A stretch of 64,000 bases of DNA from Eledone cirrhosa (taxonomy: Eukaryota). Location: the NCBI GenBank assembly GCA_964016885.1, contig OZ024741.1:5518001-5582000 (forward strand), written 5' to 3'. This document shows, piece by piece, positions 37,661 through 51,011 of this stretch (its first letter is position 1; each line of letters starts with the position of its first letter). Position numbers and translations under genes: made by a program. The notes under the pieces are model-generated. The model was not told the origin of the DNA, made no database searches, and saw only the letters and a list, made by a program, of their open reading frames with translations.

Positions 37661-40600
37661 TTATTACAGTGGTCCACTTGAGGTTATTACAGTGGTCCAC
37701 TTGAGGAGGCTATTACAGTGGTCCACTTGAGGTTATTACAGTGGTCCACTTGAGGAGGTTATTACAGTGGTCCACTTGGGGAGGTTATTACAGTGGTCCA
37801 CTTGAGGAGGCTATTACAGTGGTCCACTTGAGGTTATTACAGTGGTCCACTTGAGGAGGTTATTACAGTGGTCCACTTGAGGAGGCTATTACAGTGGTCC
37901 ACTTGAGGTTATTACAGTGGTCCACTTGAGGAGGTTATTACAGTGGTCCACTTGGGGAGGTTATTACAGTGGTCCACTTGAGGAGGCTATTACAGTGGTC
38001 CACTTGAGGTTATTACATTGGTCCACTTGAGGAGGGTATTACAGTGGTCCACTTGGGGAGGTTATTACAGTGGTCAACTTGAGGAGGCTATTACAGTGGT
38101 CCACTTGAGGTTATTACAGTGGTCCACTTGAGGAGGTTATTACAGTGGTCCACTTGAGGTTAATACAGTGGTCCACTTGAGGAGGTTATTACAGTGGTCC
38201 ACTTGAGGTTATTACAGTTGTCCATTTGAGGAGGTTATTACAGTGGTCCACTTGAGGAGGTTATTACAGTGGTCCACTTCAGGTTATCACAGTGGTCCAC
38301 TTGTAGAAGTTATTACAGTGGTGCACTTCAGGTTATTACAGTGGTCCACATGAGGATTTTATTACAGTGGTCCACTTGAGGTAGCTATTACAGTGGTCCA
38401 CTTGAGGAGGTTATTACAGTGGTCCACTTTAGGTTATTACAGTGGTCCACCTGAGGTTATTACAGTGGTCCACTTGAGGAGGTTATTACAGTGGTCCACT
38501 TCAGGTTATTACAGTGGTGCACTTGAGGAGCCTATTACAGTGGTCCACTTGAGGTTATTAAAGTGGTCCACTTGAGGAGGTTATTACAGTGGTACATTTT
38601 AGGTGGCTATTACAGTGGTCCACTTGAGGAGGTTATTACAGTGGTCCACTTGAGGAGGTTATTACAGTGGTCCACTTGAGGTTATTACAGTGGTCCACGT
38701 GAGGACGCTATTACAGTGGGTGGTCCACTTGAGGTGGCTATTACAGTGGTCCACTTGAGGTTATTACAGTGGTCCAATTGAGAAGGTTATTACAGTGGTC
38801 CACTTGAGGAGGCTATTACAGTGGTCCACTTGAGGAGGTTATTACAGTGGTCCATTTGAGCTCATTACAGTGGTCCACTTGAGGAGGTTATTACAGTGGT
38901 CCACTTGAGGAGGTTATTACAGTGGTCCACTTGAAGTTATTACAGTGGTCCACGTGAGGAGGCTATTACAGTGGTCCACTTGAGGTGGCTATTACAGTGG
39001 TCCACTTGACGAGGTTATTACAGTAGTCCACTTGAGGAGGCTATTACAGTGGTCCACTTGAGGAGGCTATTACAGTGGTCCACTTGAGGTTATTACAGTG
39101 GTCCACTTGAGGAGGTTATTACAGTGGTCCACTTGAGGTTATTACAGTGTTCCACTTGAGGTGGTTACTACAGTGGTCCACTTGAGGAGGTTATTACAGT
39201 GGTCCACTTGAGGAGGCTATTACAGTGGTCCACTTGAGGTTATTTCAGTGATCCACTTGAGGAGGTTATTACAGTGGTCCACTTGAGGTTATTACAGTGG
39301 TCCACTTGAGGGGGTTATTACAGTGGTCCACTTGAGAAGGTTATTACAGTGGTCAAGTTGAGGTTATTACAGTGATCCCCTTGAGGAGGCTATTACAGTG
39401 GTCCACTTGAGGAGGTTATTACAGTGGTCCACTTGAGAAGGCTATTACAGTGGTCCACTTGAGAAGGTTATTACAGTGGTCCACTTGAGGTTATTACAGT
39501 GGACCATTTGAGGAGGTTATTACAGTGGTCCAATTGAGGAGGTTATTACAGTGGTCCACTTGAGGAGGTTATTACAGTGGTCCACTTGAGGTTATTACAG
39601 TGTTCCACTTGAGGTGGTTACTACAGTGGTCCACTTGAGGAGGTTATTACAGTGGTCCACTTGAGGTTATTACAGTGGTCCACTTGAGGAGGCTATTACA
39701 GTGGTCCACTTAAGGTTATTAAAGTGGTCCACTTGAGGAGGTTATTACAGTGGCCCACTTGAGGAGGTTATTACAGTGGTCCACTTGAGGCTATTACAGT
39801 GGTCCACTTGAGGAGGCCATTACAGTGGTCCACTTGAGGTTATTACAGTGGTTCACTTGAGGAGGCTATTACAGCGGTCCACTTGAGGTTATTACAGTGG
39901 TCCACTTGAGGAGGTTATTACAGTGGTCCACTTGAGGTTATTACAGTGGTCCAATTGAGAAGGTTATTACAGTGGTCCACTTGAGGTCATTACAGTGGTC
40001 CACTTGAGGTGGTTATTACAGCGGTCCACTTGAGGTTATTAAAGTAGTCCAATTGAGGTTATTACAGTGGTCCACTTGAGGTTATTACAGTGGTCCACTT
40101 GAGGTTATTACAGTGGTCCACATGTAGAGGTTATTACAGTGGTGCACTTCAGGTTATTACAGTGGTCCACATGAGGATTTTATTACAGTGGTCCACTTGA
40201 GGAGGTTATTACAGTGGTCCAGTTGAGGTTATTACAGTGGTACACTAGAGGAGGTTATTACAGTGGTCCACTTGAGGTTATTACAGTGGTCCACTTGAGG
40301 AGGTTATTACAGTGGTCCACTTGAGGTTATTACAGTGGTCCACTTGAGGAGGCTATTACAGTGGACAACTTGAGGTTATTACAGTGGTCCACTTGAGGAG
40401 GTTATTACAGTGGTCCACTTGAGGTTATTACAGTGGTCCACTTGAGGAGGTTATTACAGTGGTCCAATTGAGGAGGTTATTACAGTGGTCCACTTGAGGT
40501 TATTACAGTGGGCCACTAGAGGAGGTTATTACAGTGGTCCACTTGAGGTTATTACAGTGGTCCACTTGAGGAGGCTATTACAGTGGTCCACTTGAGGAGG

Positions 40601-43600
40601 TTATTACAGTGGTCCACTTGAGGAGGTTATTACAGTAGTCCACTTGAGGTGGTTATTACAGTGGTCCACTTGAGGTGGTTATTACAGTGGTCCACTTGAG
40701 GAGGCTATTACAGTGGTCCACTTGAGGAGGTTATTACAGTGGTCCACTTGAGGTTATTACAGTGGTCCACTTGAGGTTATTATAGTGGTTCACTTGAGGA
40801 GGCTATTACAGTGGTCCACTTGAGGTTATTACAGTGGTCCACTTGAGGAGGCTATTAAAGTGGTCCACTTGAGGTTATTACAGTGATCCACTTGAGGAGG
40901 CTATTACAGTGGTCCACTTGAGGTTATTTCAGTGATCCACTTGAGGAGGTTATTACAGTGGTCCACTTGAGGTTATTACAGTGGTCCACTTGAGGTTATT
41001 ACAGTGGTCCACTTGAGGGGGCTATTACAGTGGTCCACTTGAGAAGGTTATTACAGTGGTCAAGTTGAGGTTATTACAGTGGTCCCCTTGAGGAGGCTAT
41101 TACAGTGGTCCACTTGAGAAGGCTATTACAGTGGTCCACTTGAGAAGGTTATTACAGTGGTCCACTTGAGGTTATTACAGTGGACCATTTGAGGAGGTTA
41201 TTATAGTGCTCCACTTGAGGAGGTTATTACAGTGGTCCACTTGAGGAGGTTATTACAGTGGTCCACTTGAGGAGGTTATTACAGTGGTCCACTTGAGGAG
41301 GTTATTACAGTGGTCCACTTGAGGTGGCTATTACAGTGGTTCACTTGAGGTTATTACATTGGTCCAATTGAGGAGGTTATTACAGTGGTCCACTTGAGGT
41401 TATTACAGTGGTCCAATTGAGGAGGTTATTACAGTGGTCCACTTGAGGAGGCTATTACAGTGGTCCACTTGAGGTTATTACAGTGGTCCACTTGAGGAGG
41501 TTAATACAGTGGTCCACTTGAGTTTATTACAGTGGTCCACTTGAGGAGGCTATTACAGTGGTCCACTTGAGGAGGTTATTACAGTGGTCCACTTGAGGTT
41601 ATTACAGTGGTCCACTTGTGGAGGCTATTACAGTGGTCCACTTGAGGTTATTACAGTGGTCCACTTGAGGAGGTTATTACAGTGGTCCACTTGAGGTTAT
41701 TACAGTGGTCCACTTGAGGAGGCTATTACAGTGGTCCATTTGAGGTTATTACAGTGGTCCACTTGAGGAGGTTATTACAGTGGTCCACTTGAGGTTATTA
41801 CAGTGGTCCACTTGAGGTTATTACAGTTGTCCACTTGATGTTATTACAGTGGTCCACTTGAGGAGGCTATTACAGTGGTCCACTTGAGGTTATTACAGTG
41901 ATCCACTTGAGGAGGTTATTACAGTGGTCCATTTGAGGTTATTACAGTGATCCACTTGAGGTTATTACAGTGGTCCACTTGAGGAGGCTATTACAGTGGT
42001 CCACTTGAGGTTATTACAGTTGTCCACTTGAGGAAGCTATTACAGTGGTCCACTTGAGGTTATTACAGTGGTCCACTTGAGGAGGCTATTAGAGTGGTCC
42101 ACTTGAGGTTATTACAGTGGTCCACTTCAGGTTATTACAGTGGTCCACTTGAGGAGGCTATTACAGTGGTCCACTTGATGTTATTACAGTGGTCCACTTG
42201 TGGAGGTTATTACAGTGGTCCACTTGAGGTTATTACAGTGGTCGACTTGAGGTTATTACAGTGGTCCACTTGTGGAGGTTATTACAATGGTCCACTTGAG
42301 GAGGTTATTACAGTGGTCCACTTGAGGTTATTACAGTGGTCCACTTGAGGAGGTTATTACAGTGGTCCACTTGAGGTTATTACAGTGGTCCACTTGAGGA
42401 TTTTATTACAGTGGTCCACTTGAGGTTATTACAATGGTCCACATGAGGATTTTATTACAGTGTTCCACTTGAGGAGGTTATTACAGTGGTCCACTTGAGG
42501 AGGTTATTACAGTGGTCCACTTGAGATTATTACAGTGGTCCACTTGAGGTTATTACAGTGGTCCACTTGAGGTGGCTATTAAAGTGGTCCACTTGTGGAC
42601 GTTATTACAGTGGTCCACTTGAGGTTATTACAGTGGTCCACTTGAGGTGGCTATTACAGTGGTCCACTTGAGGAGGCTATTACAGTGGTCCACTTGAGGA
42701 GGTTATTACAGTGGTCCACTTGAGGAGGTTATTACAGTGGTCCACTTGAGGTTATTACAGTGGTCCAATTGAGGAGGTTATTACAGTGGTCCACTTGAGG
42801 AGGTTATTACAGTGGTCCACTTGAGGTTATTACAGTGTTCCACTTGAGGTGGTTACTACAGTGGTCCACTTGAGGAGGTTATTACAGTGGTCCACTTGAG
42901 GTTATTACAGTGGTCCACTTGAGGAGGCTATTACAGTGGTCCACTTAAGGTTATTACAGTGGTCCACTTGAGGAGGTTATTACAGTGGCCCAGTTGAGGA
43001 GGTTATTACAGTGGTCCACTTGAGGCTATTACAGTGGTCCACTTGAGGAGGCCATTACAGTGGTCCACTTGAGGTTATTACAGTGGTCCACTTGAGGAGG
43101 CTATTACAGCGGTCCAATTGAGGTTATTACAGTGGTCCACTTGAGGAGGTTATTACAGTGGTCCACTTGAGGTTATTACAGTGGTCCACTTGAGGAGGCT
43201 ATTACAGTGGTCCACTTGAGAAGGTTATTACAGTGGCCCACTTGAGGTTATTACAGTGGTCCACTTGAGGATGTTTTTAGAGTTGTCAACTTGAGGAGGT
43301 TATTACAGTGGTCCAATTGAGAAGGGTATTACAGTGGTCCACTTGAGGAGGCTATTACAGTGGTCCACTTGAGAAGGTCATTACAGTGGCCCACTTGAGG
43401 TTATTACAGTGGTCCACTTGAGGATGTTTTTAGAGTTGTCCACTTGAGGAGGTTATTACAGTGGTCCAATTGATAAGGTTATTACAGTGGTCCACTTGAG
43501 GTCATTACAGTGGTCCACTTGAGGTGGTTATTACAGCGGTCCACTTGAGGTTATTAAAGTAGTCCAATTGAGGTTATTACAGTGGTCCACTTGAGGTTAT

Positions 43601-46600
43601 TCCAGTGGTCCACTTGAGGAGGTTATTACAGTGGTCCACTTGAGGTTATTACAGTGGTCCACTTGAGGTTATTACAGTGGTCCACTTGTAGGGGTTATTA
43701 CAGTGGTGCACTTCAGGTTATTACAGTGGTCCACATGAGGATTTTATTACAGTGGTCCACTTGAGGTGGCTATTACAGTGGTCCACTTGAGGAGGTTATT
43801 ACAGTGGTCCACTTGAGGTTATTACAGTGGTCCACTTGAGGTTATTACAGTGGTCCACTTGAGAAGGTTATTACAGTGGTCCACTTGAGGAGGTTATTAC
43901 AATGGTCCACTTGGGGAGGTTATTACAGTGGTCCTCTTGAGGAGGCTATTACAGTGGTCCACTTGAGGTTATTACAGTGGTCCACTTGAGGAGGTTATTA
44001 CAGTGGTCCACTTGAGGAGGCTATTACAGTGGTCCACTTGAGGTTATTACAGTGGTCCACTTGAGGAGGTTATTACAGTGGTCCACTTGAGGAGGTTATT
44101 ACAGTGGTCCACTTGAGGTTAATACAGAGGTCCACTTGAGGAGGTTATTACAGTGGTCCACTTGAGGTTATTACAGTGGTCCATTTGAGGAGGTTATTAC
44201 AGTGGTCCACTTGAGGAGGTTATTACAGTGGTCCACTTGAGGTTATTACAGTGGTCCACTTGTAGAGGTTATTACAGTGGTGCACTTCAGGTTATTACAG
44301 TGGTCCACATGAGGATTTTATTACAGTGGTCCACTTGAGGTAGCTATTACAGTGGTCCACTTGAGGAGGTTATTACAGTGGTCCACTTTAGGTTATTACA
44401 GTGGTCCACCTGAGGTTATTACAGTGGTCCACTTGAGGAGGTTATTACAGTGGTCCACTTCAGGTTATTACAGTGGTGCACTTGAGGAGCCTATTACAGT
44501 GGTCCACTTGAGGTTATTAAAGTGGTCCACTTGAGGAGGTTATTACAGTGGTACATTTTAGGTGGCTATTACAGTGGTCCACTTGAGGAGGTTATTACAG
44601 TGGTCCACTTGAGGAGGTTATTACAGTGGTCCACTTGAGGAGGTTATTACAGTGGTCCACTTGAGGTTATTACAGTGGTCCACGTGAGGAGGCTATTACA
44701 GTGGTCCACTTGAGGTGGCTATTACAGTGGTCCACTTGACGAGGTTATTACGGTGGTCCACTTGAGGAGGCTATTACAGTGGTCCACTTGAGGAGGCTAT
44801 TACAGAGGTCCACTTGAGGTGGCTATTACAGTGGTCCACTTGAGGTTATTACAGTGGTCCACTTGAGGAGGTTATTACAGTGGTCCACTTGAGGTTATTA
44901 CAGTGGTCCACGTGAGGAGGCTATTACAGTGGTCCACTTGAGGAGGCTATTACAGTGGTCCACTTGAGGAGGCTATTACAGTGGTCCACTTGAGGTTATT
45001 ACAGTGGTCCACTTGAGTAGGCTATTACAGAGGTCCACTTGAGGTTATTACAGTGGTCCACTTGAGGTTATTACAGTGGTCTTCTTGATGTTATTACAGT
45101 GGTCCACTTGAAGTTATTACAGTGGTCCACTTGAGGAGGCTATTACAGAGGTCCACTTGAGATTATTACAGTGGTCCACTTGAGGAGGTTATTACAGTGG
45201 TCCACTTAAGGAGGTTATTACAGTGGTCCACTTGAGGAGACTATTACAGTGGTTCACTTGAGGAGGTTATTACAGTGGTCCACTTGAGGAGGTTATTACA
45301 GTGGTCCACTTGAGGTTATTACAGTGGTCCAATTGAGGAGGTTATTACAGTGGTCCACTTGAGGAGGCTATTACAGTGGTCCATTTGAGGTTATTACAGT
45401 GGTCCACTTGAGGAGGTTATTACAGTGGTCCACTTGAGGTTATTACAGTGGTCCACTTGAGGTTATTACAGTTGTCCACTTGAGGTTATTACAGTGGTCC
45501 ACTTGAGGAGGCTATTACAGTGGTCCACTTGAGGTTATTACAGTGATCCACTTGAGGAGGTTATTACAGTGGTCCACTTGAGGTTATTACAGTGGTCCAC
45601 TTGAGGTTATTACAGTTGTCCACTTGAGGAGGCTATTACAGTGGTCCACTTGAGGTTATTACAGTGGTCCACTTGAGGAAGCTATTACAGTGGTCCACTT
45701 GAGGTTATTACAGTGGTCCACTTGAGGAGGCTATTACAGTGGTCCACTTGAGGTTATTACAGTGGTCCACTTGAGGAGGTTATTACAGTGGTCCACTTGA
45801 GGAGGCTAGTACAGTGGTCCACTTGAGGTTATTACAGTGGTCCACTTGAGGAGGTTATTACAGTGGTCCACTTGAGGAGGTTATTACAGTGGTCCACTTG
45901 AGGTTAATACAGAGGTCCACTTGAGGAGGTTATTACAGTGGTCCATTTGAGGAGGTTATTACAGTGGTCCACTTGAGGAGGTTATTACAGTGGTCCACTT
46001 GAGGTTATTACAGTGGTCCACTTCAGGAGGCTATTACAGTGGTCCACTTGAAGAGGCTATTACAGTGGTCCACTTGAGAAGGTTATTACAGTGGTCCTCT
46101 TGAGGTTATTACAGTGGTCCACTTGAGGAGGCTATTAGAGTGGTCCACTTGAGGAGGTTATTACAGTGGTCCACTTGAGAAGGTTATTACAGTGGTTCAC
46201 TTGAGGTTATTACAGTGGTCAACTTGAGGAGGCTATTACAGTGGTCCACTTGAGGTGGTTATTACAGCGGTCCACTTGAGGTTATTACAGTGGTCCACTT
46301 GAGGCTATTACAGTGGTCCACTTGCGGAGGCTATTACAGAGGTCCACTTGAGGAGGTTATTATAGGGGTCCACTTGAGGTGGTTATTACAGTGGTCCACT
46401 TGAGAAGGTTATTACGGTGGTCCAGTTTAGGTTATTACAGTGGTCCACTTGTGGAGGTTATTACAGTGGTCAACTTGAGGTTATTACAGTGGTCCACTTG
46501 AGGAGGTTATTACAGTGGTCCACTTGAAGAGGTTATTACAGTGGTCCACTTGAGGTTATTACAGTGGTCCACTTGAGGAGGTTATTACAGTGGTCCACTT

Positions 46601-49286
46601 CAGGTTATTACAGTGGTCCACTTGAGGTGGCTATTACAGTGGTCCACTTGAGGAGGCTATTACAGTGGTCCACTTGAGGAGGTTATTACAGTGGTCCACT
46701 TGAGGAGGTTATTACAGTGGTCCACTTGAGGTGGCTATTACAGTGGTTCACTTGAGGTTATTACAGTGGTCCAATTGAGGAGGTTATTACAGTGGTCCAC
46801 TTGAGGTTATTACAGTGGTCCAATTGAGGAGGTTATTACAGTGGTCCACTTGAGGAGGTTATTACAGTGGTCCACTTGAGGTTATTACAGTGTTCCACTT
46901 GAGGTGGTTACTACAGTGGTCCACTTGAGGAGGTTATTACAGTGGTCCACTTGAGGTTATTACAGTGGTCCACTTGAGGACGCTATTACAGTGGTCCACT
47001 TAAGGTTATTACAGTGGTCCACTTGAGGAGGTTATTACAGTGGTCCACTTGAGGCTATTACAGTGGTCCACTTGAGGAGGCCATTACAGTGGTCCACTTG
47101 AGGTTATTACAGTGGTCCACTTGAGGAGGCTATTACAGCGGTCCACTTGAGGTTATTACAGTGGTCCACTTGAGGTTATTACAGTGGTCCACTTGAGGAG
47201 GCTATTACAGTGGTCCACTTGAGAAGGTTATTACAGTGGCCCACTTGAGGTTATAACAGTGGTCCACTTGAGGATGTTTTTAGAGTTGTCCACTTGAGGA
47301 GGTTATTACAGTGGTCCAATTGAGAAGGGTATTACAGTGGTCCACTTGAGGAGGCTATTACAGTGGTCCACTTGAGAAGGTCATTACAGTGGCCCACTTG
47401 AGGTTATTACAGTGGTCCACTTGAGGATGTTTTTAGAGTTGTCCACTTGAGGAGGTTATTACAGTGGTCCAATTGAGAAGGTTATTACAGTGGTCCACTT
47501 GAGGTCATTACAGTGGTCCACTTGAGATGGTTATTACAGCGGTCCACTTGAGGTTATTAAAGTAGTCCAATTGAGGTTATTACAGTGGTCCACTTGAGGT
47601 TATTCCAGTGGTCCACTTGAGGAGGTTATTACAGTGGTCCACTTGAGGTTATTACAGTGGTCCACTTGAGGTTATTACAGTGGTCCACTTGTAGGGGTTA
47701 TTACAGTGGTGCACATCAGGTTATTACAGTGGTCCACATGAGGTGGCTATTACAGTGGTCCACTTGAGGAGGTTATTACAGTGGTCCACTTGAGGTTATT
47801 ACAGTGGTCCACTTGAGGTTATTACAGTGGTCCACTTGAGAAGGTTATTACAGTGGTCCACTTGAGGAGGTTATTACAATGGTCCACTTGGGGAGGTTAT
47901 TACAGTGGTCCACATGAGGTGGCTATTACAGTGGTCCACTTGAGGAGGTTATTACAGTGGTCCACTTGAGGTTATTACAGTGGTCCACTTGAGGTTATTA
48001 CAGTGGTCCACTTGAGAAGGTTATTACAGTGGTCCACTTGAGGAGGTCATTACAGTGGTCCACTTGAGGTGGTTATTACAGCGGTCCACTTGAGGTTATT
48101 AAAGTAGTCCAATTGAGGTTATTACAGTGGTCCACTTGAGGTTATTCCAGTGGTCCACTTGAGGAGGTTATTACAGTGGTCCACTTGAGGTTATTACAGT
48201 GGTCCACTTGAGGTTATTACAGTGGTCCACTTGTAGGGGTTATTACAGTGGTGCACATCAGGTTATTACAGTGGTCCACATGAGGTGGCTATTACAGTGG
48301 TCCACTTGAGGAGGTTATTACAGTGGTCCACTTGAGGTTATTACAGTGGTCCACTTGAGGTTATTACAGTGGTCCACTTGAGAAGGTTATTACAGTGGTC
48401 CACTTGAGGAGGTTATTACAATGGTCCACTTGGGGAGGTTATTACAGTGGTCCTCTTGAGGAGGCTATTACAGTGGTCCACTTGATGTTATTACAGTCGT
48501 CCACTTGAGGAGGTTATTACAGTGGTCCACTTGAGGAGGCTATTACAGTGGTCCACTTGAGGTTATTACAGTGGTCCACTTGAGGAGGTTATTACAGTGG
48601 TCCACTTGAGGAGGTTATTACAGTGGTCCACTTGAGGTTAATACAGAGGTCCACTTGAGGAGGTTATTACAGTGGTCCACTTGAGGTTATTACAGTGGTC
48701 CATTTGAGGAGGTTATTACAGTGGTCCACTTGAGGAGGTTATTACAGTGGTCCACTTGAGGTTATTACAGTGGTCCACTTGTAGAGGTTATTACAGTGGT
48801 GCACTTCAGGTTATTACAGTGATCCACATGAGGATTTTATTACAGTGGTCCACTTGAGGTAGCTATTACAGTGGTCCACTTGAGGAGGTTATTACAGTGG
48901 TCCACTTTAGGTTATTACAGTGGTCCACCTGAGGTTATTACAGTGGTCCACTTGAGGAGGTTATTACAGTGGTCCACTTCAGGTTATTACAGTGGTGCAC
49001 TTGAGGAGCCTATTACAGTGGTCCACTTGAGGTTATTAAAGTGGTCCACTTGAGGAGGTTATTACAGTGGTATATTTTAGGTGGCTATTACAGTGGTCCA
49101 CTTGAGGAGGTTATTACAGTGGTCCACTTGAGGAGGTTATTACAGTGGTCCACTTGAGGAGGTTATTACAGTGGTCCACTTGAGGTTATTACAGTGGTCC
49201 ACGTGAGGAGGCTATTACAGTGGTCCACTTGAGGTGGCTATTACAGTGGTCCACTTGACGAGGTTATTACGGTGGTCCACTTGAGG
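37661..49286 (+). repeat. Block Y', dispersed copy 2 of 2920-14747, 202 bp shorter
   Basis: Same variant order. It lacks one 23-bp monomer (near 39560) and a 179-bp, 7-monomer run (near 39950). Confidence 0.92.
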
Positions 49287-51011
49287 AGGCTATTACAGTG
49301 GTCCACTTGAGGAGGCTATTACAGAGGTCCACTTGAGGTGGTTATTACAGTGGTCCACTTGAGGTTATTACAGTGGTCCACTTGAGGAGGTTATTACAGT
49401 GGTCCACTTGAGGTTATTACAGTGGTCCACGTGAGGAGGCTATTACAGTGGTCCACTTGAGGAGGCTATTACAGTGGTCCACTTCAGGTTATTACAGTGG
49501 TGCACTTGAGGAGCCTATTACAGTGGTCCACTTGAGGTTATTAAAGTGGTCCACTTGAGGATGTTATTACAGTGGTACAGCTTAGGTGGCTATTACAGTG
49601 GTCCACTTGAGGAGGTTATTACAGTGGTCCACTTGAGGAGGTTATTACAGTGGTCCACTTGAGGAGGTTATTACAGTGGTCCACTTGAGGTTATTACAGT
49701 GGTCCACGTGAGGAGGCTATTACAGTGGTCCACTTGAGGTGGCTATTACAGTGGTCCACTTGACGAGGTTATTACGGTGGTCCACTTGAGGAGGCTATTA
49801 CAGTGGTCAACTTGAGGTGGCTATTACAGTGGTCCACTTGAGGTTATTACAGTGGTCCACTTGAGGAGGTTATTACAGTGGTTCACTTGAGGTTATTACA
49901 GTGGTCCACGTGAGGAGGCTATTACAGTGGTCCACTTGAGGAGGCTATTACAGTGGTCCACTTGAGGAGGCTATTACAGTGGTCCACTTGAGGTTATTAC
50001 AGTTGTCCACTTGAGGAAGCTATTACAGTGGTCCACTTGAGGTTATTACAGTGGTCCACTTGAGGAAGCTATTACAGTGGTCCACTTGAGGTTATTACAG
50101 TGGTCCACTTGAGGAGGCTATTACAGTGGTCCACTTGAGGTTATTACAGTGGTCCACTTGAGGAGGTTATTACAGTGGTCCACTTGAGGAGGCTATTACA
50201 GTGGTCCACTTGAGGTTATTACAGTGGTCCACTTGAGGAGGTTATTACAGTGGTCCACTTGAGGAGGTTATTACAGTGGTCCACTTGAGGTTAATACAGA
50301 GGTCCACTTGAGGAGGTTATTACAGTGGTCCACTTGAGGTTATTACAGTGGTCCATTTGAGGAGGTTATTACAGTGGTCCACTTGAGGAGGTTATTACAG
50401 TGGTCCACTTGAGGTTATTACAGTGGTCCACTTCAGGAGGCTATTACAGTGGTCCACTTGAAGAGGCTATTACAGTGGTCCACTTGAGAAGGTTATTACA
50501 GTGGTCCTCTTGAGGTTATTACAGTGGTCCACTTGAGGAGGCTATTAGAGTGGTCCACTTGAGGAGGTTATTACAGTGGTCCACTTGAGAAGGTTATTAC
50601 AGTGGTTCACTTGAGGTTATTACAGTGGTCAACTTGAGGAGGCTATTACAGTGGTCCACTTGAGGTGGTTATTACAGCGGTCCACTTGAGGTTATTACAG
50701 TGGTCCACTTGAGGCTATTACAGTGGTCCACTTGCGGAGGCTATTACAGAGGTCCACTTGAGGAGGTTATTATAGGGGTCCACTTGAGGTGGTTATTACA
50801 GTGGTCCACTTGAGAAGGTTATTACGGTGGTCCAGTTTAGGTTATTACAGTGGTCCACTTGTGGAGGTTATTACAGTGGTCAACTTGAGGTTATTACAGT
50901 GGTCCACTTGAGGAGGTTATTACAGTGGTCCACTTGAAGAGGTTATTACAGTGGTCCACTTGAGGTTATTACAGTGGTCCACTTGAGGAGGTTATTACAG
51001 TGGTCCACTTC
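42622..51011 (+). repeat. Block Z (8,390 bp), first copy of a tandem duplication
   Basis: ORFs 44352/52742 and 48871/57261, gagatgg 47524/55914 and gtacagctta 49575/57965 are all 8,390 apart. Confidence 0.94.

Noticed and set aside
7555-42348. Two 84-aa ORFs (7555 and 42094)
   Set aside because: They arise from chance in-phase TGA-to-TCA/TGT variants in one block that was duplicated at offset 34,539.
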